Shown in pieces: positions 1 through 17,053 of a DNA stretch of 64,000 bases (positions are counted from its first letter, which is position 1; each line of letters starts with the position of its first letter). The stretch is from Eledone cirrhosa. Its lineage: Eukaryota. Under the pieces are notes generated by a model that was not told the origin of the DNA, ran no database searches, and saw only the letters and a program-made list of their open reading frames with translations. The stretch is from positions 3,286,001 to 3,350,000 of the forward strand of contig OZ024754.1 in assembly GCA_964016885.1 (NCBI GenBank), in the 5' to 3' direction. The position numbers and the translations under genes were made by a program.

Positions 1-168
1 ATATATACACTGCACAACCGGTATATAGAAGCGGTCTTGCATTCTTGACCAACGAACTATGTATAATAAAGCAACTTATGGCCACTAAACAGTTGAGGCT
101 TTGATGTGTGTGTGTTTGTGTATATATATATGCGTGTGTATATATGTGTGTGTGTGTACATCAAGCTT

Positions 169-242
169 AATATAGAAATGGCTTTCCTGATGATTTCTTT
201 TGAATGAAACAGTGGTAGTCCTGTAGAAGCGATTTCCATATT
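169..242 (+). ncRNA. Type I hammerhead-like motif, family A
   Basis: CTGATGA at 187-193, stem II TTC/GAA, GAAA at 206-209, stem III ACAG/CTGT, GUA site. Long stem I AATATAGAAATGGCTTTC/GAAGCGATTTCCATATT. Atypical U-U at the base of stem II. Confidence 0.65.
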
Positions 243-436
243 GAACTTGATGTTTACACTCTACTAATGTAATGAGTACCTTACTGTGGTTACCTCCGAT
301 TGAACTCGGGACTCACACACACACACATTCATATATATACACATATATATATTTACAAACACTCACATTCATATATTGAAATTCTGATTACATATATATA
401 TATATATATATACATATATATAAGAACCTTACTTAC

Positions 437-488
437 CATCTAAAGAATACCAGCTTCCAGCATGGGTAGCCACCCTCTTCTTGGACAT
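437..488 (-). CDS. MEMO1: MEMO1 first coding exon (gene continues left of the window)
   Basis: ATG at 488 reads MSKKRVATHAGSWYSLD-G, matching the conserved MEMO1 N-terminal HAGSWY motif. It is followed by a GTAAGT donor at 436-431 (phase 1). Confidence 0.9.
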
Positions 489-1000
489 ATTCTGAAGGAG
501 GCGTGAAGAAGAGAGCAGCAGTAGAAGAAGTAGCGGTACCAATAGCAAAAGGATGGACTGGAGAAGTCTTTGATTGTTATGAAGGAGTATAGCGAAGGCT
601 GTATGTGTATGAATCGGCTGTAAGGCAACAGTTGTAACAGCAGAAAAGGTGCTGTTTATGTTACTAATAGCCGGGTGGACAGTAGTAGTGTCATGAAGGT
701 AAGTCTGTTGACAGCTACAGCTAGTGTAGTATGAGTAGCGGTGAATGTAAATATCTATTTTTCTAGATTTGTTAAACCCCCGAAGAGATTTAAACAACAA
801 AAAATCATTGGTATATAAATAAATATATATGTTTTGTGTGTGTCGGATAATTCAGTTAAGTAAAAAAAAACCCAGAAAACTTAATATTATTCTGCCATTG
901 AACCGACACAATGTAAATCTGTTCAATGTAAAATAATAAACTGGACTGAATAAAAATAAAGAAGGGAACTTCTTCACCGTTTAGAGATAATTTCTTTAAA

Positions 1001-1057
1001 ACTTCCGGTGAAAGAAAGAGAGTAGATGACAGTGTTAGAGAGTCAGTGCGCCTGCGC
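1001..1057. promoter_or_regulatory. Likely MEMO1 promoter motifs (ETS/GABP-like and NRF1-like)
   Basis: ACTTCCGG at 1001-1008 and TGCGCCTGCGC at 1047-1057, about 0.5 kb upstream of the MEMO1 ATG in otherwise AT-rich DNA. Motif match only. Confidence 0.4.
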
Positions 1058-1159
1058 TAACTCAGGTGCTGTCTAATTTCCGCTTTATAATTGTTTACAA
1101 ATATTTAGACAGAAATGTTTCCCTTTCGTTTCAACCGGCTTTAATTTCTACCACATTTG

Positions 1160-1430
1160 GTGGAGGCACGTGTTGGACTTAGGATCATAATGTCGTAGGT
1201 TCGATTCCTGGACTGGCTTGTGTGTTGTGATCTTGAGCAAGACACTTCATTTCACGTTGCTCCAGTTTACTCAGTTGAAAATGAGTACCTGCAATAGCTG
1301 GAGGTTTAACCCTGCGATGGACTGGCGTCCTGTCCAGGGGGGAGTCTTGTACTGTCAGTTACTTCACGCCATTAAACCGAGATAAGCATCGGGCTGATGA
1401 GCCTTCTGGCTTAAGACAGACTTTAGACAT
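1160..1430 (+). mobile_element. Second tRNA-derived SINE family
   Basis: Box B GGTTCGATTCC and core TTGAGCAAGACACTT..ATTTCAC.TTGCTCCAGT. Related copies near 8370, 15780, 16845, 19540, 32935 and 46155 (minus). Confidence 0.7.
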
Positions 1431-2346
1431 TTTATTTAAGAAAATAATACTTCTTTTATCTTATATATAATAACATATCGTCTTAAAGTCACCACTGTGG
1501 TTCTAATTGTGCTGGTTATATTAAAGAATAACAGTACCTTCTTTTTATTATTACACCTTTTTCTGAGACGGAGGTAATCATTAAAAAAATAAAATAAGGC
1601 TGTCCCCCAAAAATGTATACATACTTTGATTATCTGTACAGGCAATATTTATTAGAATGCTCAGCCTTGGTGTATATATTGTGCTCGTGCACAGAAATGC
1701 TATAAAGATAGCTTATAAAACAGGGTGAAGGCCCTTAAAAGTTACGATTAGCCGCTATGAAGAATGGAACCATATCTTCGTACAAAATAATAATTTTGCT
1801 TAGAATTTCGAATGTGAAATTTGTTTTTACTTCGATTTTTGATGTTTTGAATAGACATGGACTTCAAAACAATCGTAAATTATTCGGTTCCTTCTATATT
1901 TCCCTCACCCAAAAACTCCATAATACTGGTCACCCAGATGGATGCATTAGTTAGTTTTAATATTGGGAAGAAGGCCAGCAATTTTGAAGGAAAAGTCGAA
2001 TATATCGATCCTCAGTATTTGATTGATTCTTTATTTTATCGACTCGGAAGGATGAAAGGCTAAATTAACCTTGGCAGCGTTTGAATTGTTAGAGTGCAGA
2101 AAACCGGAGCGAGCATTTCGTCCGACGCTCTAACGATTTTGCCGACCCGCAGCCCAAGACGGGTATAATAACAAAACAATTTAACAATTCTCAGCCTAAT
2201 ATAGGTTTTAAAATAACCGCTGTAACACTGATTATATCAAACAATAATTGACGGTGAAATATGATTTATGGGTGAATTATACCATTTTCCAGTCAGTAGA
2301 AATCGAGATGCAAGGGAGAAAACTCTGACCTTTACTTTTATAATTA

Positions 2347-2603
2347 CTAGATGAAAGCGACGTTTGCTCCCTCTTTTTGTCACTCACACACTCTCTCTCT
2401 CTAAATAAATTACGTTCCCTTTCTCTCTCTATTTATGTACATATATCTCGCTTGGCGCTGCACTTCTATGAGGGCGACGTCATAACTTTCTGTCACCTCG
2501 AAAACACACGGCGTTCCTTTTCTCTATGTACATATCTCTCATTTGTTGCTCTCCCTCTCTATATATAAAGTGATGGACAGACGGACAACGCTCTTATAAT
2601 AGA
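2347..2603 (-). mobile_element. Non-autonomous Helitron-like element
   Basis: Minus strand reads A|TCTATTATAAGAGCGTTGTCCGTCTGTCC ... CATCTAG|T, i.e. TC...CTAG termini inserted between A and T. Confidence 0.5.
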
Positions 2604-3318
2604 TTTTTTTCTTCTGTTTTTGTTGTTTTTATCACCCTCCAGAGAACATGCCATGCTTCCTTCTGTACACCAAGATATATATATCAGTATAGCTTTCTTT
2701 TAAAGCAGTTTGAATAAGTTAAGAATTGCTATCTACTTTTTAAAAAAATGTCCATTGATATCAATTAAACATTTACCTACAATTTAAATTAACGCGAGAT
2801 GGTGTGGCAGTTGCAGCAGTTGTCACTGGCCATTCTCTGCAGCAATATCTTTGCCATGTCCATGGGGCACAGCTGAAACCCTGCTCAGATTGGAGTGTTG
2901 AGTCTGTCACTCCCTTTCTTGCATTCCTTAATTCCTTTTTTTTTTTCTTATCATATTTCTGTTTCCTTATTGCCATGTATATTGTATTTTTTTTTTTTTT
3001 TAACTACTGGATAAAGCCCCAGGGGTTGACCCTGAGTAAGATGGTTGAATTACATCCATGGGGATCGACTGGCCTTGCTTGGGGATCCAGCCAGATCAAT
3101 TAGAGATGATTGCAAGCATGGAAAAACAAGTTTAAACACGACAACAGCAATAGCAATGATGATGTTCTACTGATCTCATATAATTAAGTTTGTTTTCTGC
3201 TCACATCTCCATCAAACTCCAACGTTTTTTTATTCACTTTATTCAGCCAGTTTTCTTGTCTATCTATCTCTCTCTATCTATCTATCTATCTATCTATCTC
3301 TCTCTCTCTCTCTATCTA

Positions 3319-3350
<32 letters not shown>

Positions 3351-4505
3351 AATAACTGGCTCAATTAAGCTAATGAGTTATTTTCTCAAAGAAATACATA
3401 TTTTCATTAAAACGATTCTGTAGTTCTCATCTGATATATTTCCCACTGATTGCAGAGTCTCATTGTGTGCCATATGTGAGTCATATCAGATCAGATTAAA
3501 TTTAATTCTCATGCTTTATCAATTCCATCATATCAGATAATTTGTCTCATTAACATAGAGAGGTTCACATGAAATATAACATACTTCCTTTACAGAACTA
3601 CACTGAAACTGTAGTTGTAATAAAAATATAACTATCTCTCTCTTTTACAGAGATACAGCACTATCTATTCCAGTTATTAATATAAAGAGTTGAAATTAAT
3701 GCATGCAAGATTTCGTAGCCCTAGCATCGCTCCTTCATAGTCAGCTAACCCTCATACACCTGTGCAATGTAATATTCAACCCTTTTGATATCATTATAAG
3801 CAGTGGACTGTGTGAAGAGATAATGTGTAGCTATTCTAAGCTGGATATAGATGTTTTTCTCTAGTTTCTCTGACTGGATGTTCTTCCTATTGTCAACCAC
3901 TTTACAGAGTGGACTGGGTGTAGAGATATGGTGCAGCTATTCTAACCTAGATATATATACATTTTTTCTATAGTTTCTGTGACTGGATGTTCTTCCTACT
4001 GTCAACCACTTTACAGAGTGAACTGGGTGTAGCTATTCTAAACCAGGTACATATACAGAGTTAGATGTTAACAACATATGAGTGTTAAAAAAATAACTTC
4101 AATTTAATGCAGAATAACAACAGAAAAAAACAAACAAACATTTATTTAAGTAAATTTCTCATATCCTGGTTTAAAAATATACCCAAATTGCTTAGGTTTC
4201 ATGTATTTCCATTAAAACAACAAAAAACAAAACAACAAAATTGATTCATATTAAGAAAAAGAATAGTAACAAAAAAAAAAAAATGATAGTAGACATGAGA
4301 TTATGAATTAATTTTATGATTTGGATTAAAATAAAAAAATAAAATTTACCAACATTTGTCAAAATGCAGAAATAATCCCAGCAAAAGTGGAAAATATTAG
4401 AAAACAAAAAAAAGAATTATCACTAAAAGATTGAAATATGTGATAAAGTTTTAGTGATGTCATATCTTTTGTTCACAGCTTTCAGGATTGCTTCATTTAT
4501 ATATA

Positions 4506-4797
4506 TAAATATGTAATAAACAACACAATACAATTATTCCATTTACCAAAGGTTTCACGAAGACAGGCAATCCCAACAGAGACGTCTGAAATCGTTCATC
4601 AGAAAGGAAAATTTAATATGGATGTAAGAGAAAAAATTAAAAACAAAGGCCTTTGTTTTTAATTTCATATCTTACATCCATATCGTGAAACCTTTGGTAA
4701 ATGGAATAATTGTATTGTGTTTATTACATATTTAAATAGCTCTGTAATATACATAGAACACTCTCCTTTCTTTTACCCTTTCTATGGAAATACTTCA
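4506..4797. mobile_element. Fold-back element with minus-strand hammerhead (4537-4609), family D
   Basis: Inverted arms at 4506-4560 and 4683-4734. Minus strand reads TTCCTTT-CTGATGA-ACGA...TCGT-GAAA-CCTTTGG-TA-AATGGAA. Tail shared with 5497-5785. Confidence 0.65.
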
Positions 4798-4912
4798 TAT
4801 ATATATATCCAGGGAGTATAACGTGAAGTTACTGTAGGTTCACCCAGGTGAGGACTTGATATTTAAGTTCACGTTAGTAGCGAGATGTAGAGCTAGACAG
4901 AGTGTAATATAT

Positions 4913-5190
4913 TAATACAAGGACGATTTATTAAGCCTTCATTACGTTTATTGATTGGTGAGGTGCGTTTTGCTATTGATCAGCTCAAGGTTTGATCTGT
5001 TTCGATCTGACCCGACTCGGGAATCAAATGCTTGTCGGGCTTCTGTTGTTAGTACAACAGAAGCCCAACAAGCATTTGATTCATGAGTCGGGCCAGATCG
5101 ATATAGATCAAACCTTGAGCTGATCAATAGCAAAACGCACCTCACCAATCAATAAACGTAATGAAGGCTTAATAAATCGTCCTTGTATTA
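4913..5190. repeat. Long inverted repeat, 137-bp arms, 4-nt loop
   Basis: 4913-5049 is the reverse complement of 5054-5190 with about 6 mismatches. Confidence 0.9.
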
Positions 5191-5361
5191 TTATATATAA
5201 ATGTGTGTGTGTGTACATATATATATATATATATATACAAATTTAAGGTATCAAAACATCAAATATGTTTGGTATTTTGTTCTTCTCTACAGAAAAGCTC
5301 AATAGATTTTGTCCAGAGTTATAATAATTCTAATTAATAGATATATGTATATTGAGAGAGG

Positions 5362-5403
<42 letters not shown>

Positions 5404-5496
5404 ACCATATATCCCACGAGAATACACATATTGCATATATACAAAGTACATATTGCAAAGAAAAATATGTACTATAGATGAAAACATATATATATA

Positions 5497-5785
5497 TTTA
5501 ATTATATAATAAACAACACAATATAATTATTCCATTACTCAAGGTTTCACGAAGACATGTGACCTCAACAGAGGTGTCCGAAGTCATTCATCGGAAGGTA
5601 TTAAATTTTCCTTCTCGTGAATGACTTCCGATGCCTCTGTTGAGGTCGCCAGTGTTCATGAAACCTTGGGGTAATGGAATAATTATATTGTGTTTTTTTT
5701 TATTACATAATTAAATAGCTCTGTACTCTGTATTATATATAGAGCACTCTTCTTTCCTTTACCTTTTCCACGGAAATACTTTATA
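5497..5785. mobile_element. Second family D fold-back element, hammerhead cores mutated
   Basis: About 100-bp imperfect inverted arms with cores CCGATGA (minus) and CTCGTGA (plus), and the same 3' tail as 4683-4797. Confidence 0.6.
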
Positions 5786-6048
5786 TTTTATATATATATA
5801 CCAGTACAACATTATTAAAGAAATATTTCCATCCAGATACAAAAGCTAAAACAACCCACATATCTGTGTGCTTGTGCTTGTGTGTGTAGTGACAAATACA
5901 ACACAGGATTCATTCAGCCATTTAAACATTCAAAACATTCATGTACTGTTATATCCATTCTTTATAATTTTAATACTGTATTCCCTCACCTCGTTTCTCA
6001 ATTGTATTTAGTTTTAAGTATCAAAATTTATTGTTAAGTAGTAATAAT

Positions 6049-6235
6049 TGTTTCTACTTTAGGCACAAGGCCAGAAATTACCCAGTACATTACTGGTACT
6101 TTATTTTATCGACCCCGTAAGGATGAAAGGCAAAGTTAACCTCGGCGGGATTTGAACTCAGAATGGCAAGGGCCGTAACTCTATACGTCAAAGCATGGCG
6201 TCCGACCCTCTACCGATACTGCCAATCCACCGCCC
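6049..6235 (-). mobile_element. tRNA-derived SINE with Meta-like central domain (representative of more than 20 copies)
   Basis: Box B GAGTTCAAATCC, core CTTTGCCTTTCATCCTTACGGGGTCGATAAAATAAAGTACCAG, and a 21-bp target-site duplication (6028-6048 / 6236-6256). Other copies near 1960, 7225, 8690, 9060, 10305, 20312, 23690, 29045, 31680-32100, 35020, 39053 and 46986. Confidence 0.85.
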
Positions 6236-6355
6236 TTATTGTTAAGTAGTAATAATGATTATTATAAAGAAGTATATACAAGGTGTCCACAAAATCCCTA
6301 GACAAATTTATACAAATATACATATAAAATTGTCCAGAGACTTTGTGGATACCTC

Positions 6356-6387
<32 letters not shown>

Positions 6388-6423
6388 TGGAAAATGTGTA
6401 TAATCCTTGGTACAGTTAGGTAT

Positions 6424-6556
6424 ATTTGAAAAAAGGAAAAGAATGACTTCACTTGTAGTTCTAAACAATTTGATTTAATTTAATAATATTATAATATAAA
6501 ATTAAATCAAATTGTTTAGAACTACAAGTGAAGTCATTCTTTTCCTTTTTTCAAAT
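6424..6556. repeat. Inverted repeat, 58-bp arms, 17-nt AT loop
   Basis: 6424-6481 versus 6499-6556, followed by (TA)n. Confidence 0.9.
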
Positions 6557-6557
6557 T

Positions 6558-6593
<36 letters not shown>

Positions 6594-6776
6594 TATAGAT
6601 ATGTATATAAGACATTGAATATGTCTTGAGTTGAGATTAAATGCCAGTGTCTTAGCTTCCACACATGATCTCAGATCAAATTTCTGGCAAAATCACATGG
6701 TACAACATAAATAGATGCATACATATAGTTGAAGACAGACAGATACACTTGCACATGCAATATTAAATATATACAT

Positions 6777-6817
<41 letters not shown>

Positions 6818-6947
6818 GATAATATCCTATATCCAAGCAATATATATTAGTTGTATTAATGATTGAAATATAAATGTTATTATAGGGAAAAGAAAGCCAT
6901 ATTCCTCTTTCCCAGGAAGGTTTATTCCAAATGTCTTAGTTTTGTGT

Positions 6948-12491
<5,544 letters not shown>

Positions 12492-12741
12492 CTTTACAAT
12501 TGAACAATTTGTAATTTGAGTTTCGAATTCAAATAAAAACTCGAAAAATAATAATAAAAAGATAAAAGCATTTGTTTTATTTATTAACTTCTTTTTCCTG
12601 AATTAAAATATTTGTTAATATTTAATAAAGTAATAATTAGACTTTATACTGTTTATTGTTTTTAATTAATTTTCGAAACTACGGCTTCGATTGAATTAAA
12701 TAAAACGCGGGAAGAGTAAATTTTGCAGAAAACAGATCAAT
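12492..12741. promoter_or_regulatory. Putative bidirectional YIPF4/EXO1 promoter and EXO1 non-coding first exon
   Basis: The genes are divergent. There is an E2F-like CGCGGGAA at 12706-12713 and a plus-strand GTAAGT donor at 12742. An acceptor (TTTGCTCCAG, ending 16274) lies just before the EXO1 ATG. Confidence 0.45.
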
Positions 12742-13995
12742 GTAAGTTGTTTTATTTATATTGTAGATTATTTCATAAATTTACACGACATACCTATATA
12801 TATATTGACTATTAAATATTTGATTAGGGACACAGTTTCTATATATTCTGTGTTGTTTAGTTTAATTAGATGGCGAAATTAATGTAAGTATTGAAATATG
12901 AAATATTTCTGTTGGTTAATTATTGTATATAGATGTAGACAGCAAATAACGTTGAATGTATTTAGTTTTTGGAGCCGAGAATATCTCACATATATACCAG
13001 GATTGATGGATATATAAAGAATCAGATAAAATTGGACATTTACGTTTTGATATATTAATGGTTTGCATAAGAGAAACCCTATTTTTAAGTCAAGGCTGAA
13101 GAAGGAGTGGACCAACCACCCGCTTAATAGTAATAATAATAATAATAATGAAATGATTGTGCACAGTGCTCAGGTGCACCACAACTCATCAAAGGTGCAT
13201 GTATAGTACATAGAATAATGTACAAAGTTTAACTGTTGGTTCTTGTATCGATTTCCATCTATTGTAGCCCCATGAAGGGAATCTATTCTGTGTATGTGTG
13301 GTGTAGATTTTAAAGAATTACAGTCGGAGATATATTAGAGTTAAAGAGACTTCAATTTTAAATTACTAATGCGGTTTCATGTGGTACAGGATGTTAACAT
13401 TTAACCATTCTTGATAACAACCTACCTGAAACCACCATGGGTTTATGATCGAAAACTGTTTAAATTAAAATGTTTATATTTATATTAAAATCTTCCAACA
13501 CAATTTTATTTAGGAAATTTTTATTAAATAAGGTTTTTTTAAATAAAATTTAAATAGCTTATCAATGAAATGGTTAATTATTTAATTAAATTCTTCAAAT
13601 TTTTTAAAATTAATTAATACACATAGACGGTGTATTTCATTAGAAATGTGGTTATAAAAAAAAGGGTAGGAAATATTTTAATGGCAACTGTTGTACTTTG
13701 GTAGAATATAGAATTAAGTTTCTATAGTCAGGCTTGTCTAATGACGTGGGACGGGCTGTCTGACCCATGCTAGTATGGAAAATGGACGTTAAACTGTGAT
13801 ATGGTATTGTGTGTTTAGTTTAATTGGGCAACATGAATTAATGTAAGTATTGTAATATTAGAGTTTGTACTTTGATGTTTGTGAAACTGGAATAGATATA
13901 ATGTCCTACATAATTGATGTGGCATTGTCTAGTATAAAATATTGTATTGTTGTATATATAGTGTTGTGTATATATATATGTATATATATTATATT

Positions 13996-15300
13996 GTTGT
14001 GAGGCAATTACAGGAAAAGTACCTAGCTAAAAGTAAGCCACTCTACTTGGCATTTGTCGACCTTGAGAAAGCCTTTGACAGAGTTCCACGTGCAGTAATC
14101 TGGTGGGCTCTTAGAAAACTAGGAGTAGATGAATGGCTTGTGAAAGCGGTACAAGCCATGTATAGGGGAGCAGTCAGCAAAGTTAGGATTGGCAATGAGT
14201 ATAGCGAGGAATTTAGCGTACAGGTTGGGGTCCACCAGGGCTCTGTTCTTAGCCCTCTCCTGTTCATCATAGTCCTGCAGGCAATAACGGAGGAGTTTAA
14301 GACCGGATGCCCATGGGAACTCCTGTATGCTGATGACCTCGCACTCATAGCTGAATCTATGGTAGAACTAGAGAATAAATTCCAAACCTGGAAGCAGGGA
14401 CTAGAGAGAAAGGGCCTCAAAGTCAACATGACAAAGACTAAGGTCCTTATAAGTAGACGAGAAAACAGAACCCAGATCCCCTCAGGGAAATGGCCTTGCT
14501 CAGTATGTAGGAAAGGTGTAGGTAGGAACTCCATTCTCTGCCCCAAATGCAAACAATGGGTACACAAGAGATGTAGCGGGATCTCAGGAAGCTTAATTAA
14601 GAATGTAGGATTCACATGCAGCAGCTGTGCTGAAACAGCAAGCAAACAGCCACAGGAAACAAGTACCACCAATCTCTGGGAGGGCCCTGTAGAAACAGTA
14701 GACAGCTTCTGCTACCTAGGTGACCGAATTAGCAACGGAGGTGGGTGCTCAGAAAGTACAATAACTAGGGTAAGAACGGGATGGAAGAAGTTTAGGGAAC
14801 TACTACCACTGCTAGCTGCAAAAGGCTTCTCCCTCAGAATGAAAGGCAGACTGTATGATGCGTGTATCCGAACAGCGATGTTGCATGGTAGTGAGACCTG
14901 GGCGCTGAAGGTGGAAGACTTACGTAGATTAGAGAGAAACGAAGCCTGCATGCTCCGATGGATGTGTAACAGTAATATACGTGAACGACAAAGCATAAAT
15001 GAATTGAGAGAGAGACTGAGCATAAGAGGAATCAAATGCTGCGTGCAGGAGAGGCGGTTACGCTGGTATGGACATGTGATGCGTATGAAGGATGACAGCT
15101 GCATAAAAAGGTGCAGAGCACTAGAAGTTGATGGAAACCGCGGAGTGGGGAGACCCAAGATGACTTGGGATGAGGTGATAAAAGCCGACCTTACCCAACT
15201 ACACCTCTCAAAGTCAATGACACACGACCGTGACTTCTGGCGTCACGCAGTAATACAGGGTACCCGACCTCCCATGGGTACATGCTGAAGCATATAAACA
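13996..15300 (+). mobile_element. 5'-truncated RTE-clade LINE, reverse transcriptase C-terminal part with uninterrupted frame
   Basis: ORF contains LAFVDLEKAFDRVPR, GVHQGSVLSPLLF, LLYADDLAL and RRLRWYGHVMRM...GRPKMTW. An internal Cys-rich PHD-like finger is present. There is no endonuclease domain or genuine start, and it begins within a (TA)-rich tract. Confidence 0.92.
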
Positions 15301-15329
15301 ATATGCCCCCCCCCCCCCCCCACCGCAAG

Positions 15330-15592
15330 GTGGTCGTGGAGGTGCCACGGCAAAAAAGCACCCAGCCCACACTGTAAAGTGGACGTGTAGGCGCCACGAA
15401 AAAGCACCCAGCACTCACTGTAAATGAGGTTGGTGTTAGGAAGGGCATCCAGCTGTAGAAATCAAGCCAGATCAGTTCCTGTATGAGCAAGGCATGGTCA
15501 GCCGACCAGACACTGCCCACAACAGGACAACCCGTCTAACCCATGCTAGCGTGGAAGAACGGACGTAAAACGGTGATGATGATGATGATGAT
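15330..15592 (+). mobile_element. Repeat family with RTE-like (GAT)n tail
   Basis: GGTTGGTGTTAGGAAGGGCATCCAGCTGTAGAAA...AACCCATGCTAGC.TGGAA..GGACGT.AAA.GATGATGAT. Copies near 11260, 16680, 17080, 22600 and 27030-27560. Confidence 0.7.
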
Positions 15593-16287
15593 ATATAGTG
15601 TTGTGTATCATTTCATCATCATTCATTTCATTTTACGTCTGCTTGCAAGGGTGGGACGGGAACTGATTCTGGCTTGATTTCTACAGCTGGATGCCCTTCC
15701 TAACACCAACCTCATTTACAGTGAGTGCTGGGTGCTTTTTTTGCCGTGGCACCTCCACGTCCACTTTGCAGTGTAATGATAGAGACCCCAGTCCCTATCA
15801 TCTCATTTCTACAGCTGAGTAAACTGGAACAATGTGAAATAAAGTGTCTTGCTCAAGGAAACAACACATGACCCGGTCTGAGAATTAAACTCACAACCTT
15901 TCGATTGCAAGGCCAATGCTTTAACCACTAAGCCATGTGCCTCCACCTGTATATATATACATATATATATAAATATATATATAGTATTGTATTGTATATA
16001 TATATATATAGTATTGTATTGTTGTACATGTATATATAGTTAGTAGTGTTGTGTGAATATATATGTATAATGACCTCAAGGGGCTGATGGCAACTTCTTT
16101 TTCTGTCTTTTAAGGGTCTTCACTCTATTTTCTTAGCTATTTTATAACATCTCTGCACACGAGTACATCATCTCATCCTTTACATTAATTTCTATATTCT
16201 CAGCAGTTCAAAGTCCAATCTCTCGACTACGTACATTGTTTGCTATATTTTGGTTCTTTTTTAGTTTGCTCCAGTCAACGTGAGAGA

Positions 16288-16640
16288 ATGGGCATCACTG
16301 GTCTTTTGCCATTTCTGAAAAAGATTCATGTACCGATAAACATATCGCAGTTTCAAGGTGCAACTGTGGCCATTGATGTGTATTGTTGGCTGCACAAAGG
16401 AGCGTTTTCTTGTGCCGAGAAATTGGCCTTTGGAGAGAGTACAGACCAGTAAGTACAACATTTATACGATACATGTATCCAGTTTATTAGAATCCTGTGT
16501 ATTCCTGGCTGTTGTAAGAAATGACTAAAAGGATTTGTGACAGGAAGGTATCTTACTGTACAACATTGCTGTAAATAGTCCTGTCCCGTACATGCCAGCA
16601 TGGAATAGTTGATGTAAAAATGATGGTTTGTCTGTGTGTA

Positions 16641-16679
<39 letters not shown>

Positions 16680-17012
16680 TCATCATCATCATTTTATGTA
16701 CGCTTTTCCCTGCTTGCAAGGGTGGGACAGGAACTGATTCTAGCTTGATTTCTACAGCTGGACGCCCTTCCTAACACCAACCTCATTTACAGTGAGTGCT
16801 GGGTGCTTTTTTCCGTGGCACCTCCACGTCCACTTTACAGTAGAATGATAGGGACCCCAGTCCTATCATCTCATTTCTACAGCTGAGTAAACTGGAGCAA
16901 TGTGAAATAAAGTGTCTTGCTCAAGGAAGCAACACATCACCCGGTCTGAGAATTGAACTCACAACCTTTTGATTGCAAGGCCAATGCCCTAACCACTAAG
17001 CCATGTACCTCC

Positions 17013-17053
<41 letters not shown>

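Noticed and set aside
1388-1425. CTGATGA as a hammerhead core
   Set aside because: No GAAA after the hairpin. It lies in a SINE tail.
6100-6235. tRNA genes
   Set aside because: The box A/B-like segments belong to SINE heads and no cloverleaf is evident.
14043-15158. Minus-strand 209-aa and 148-aa ORFs
   Set aside because: Antisense shadows of the RTE reverse transcriptase.
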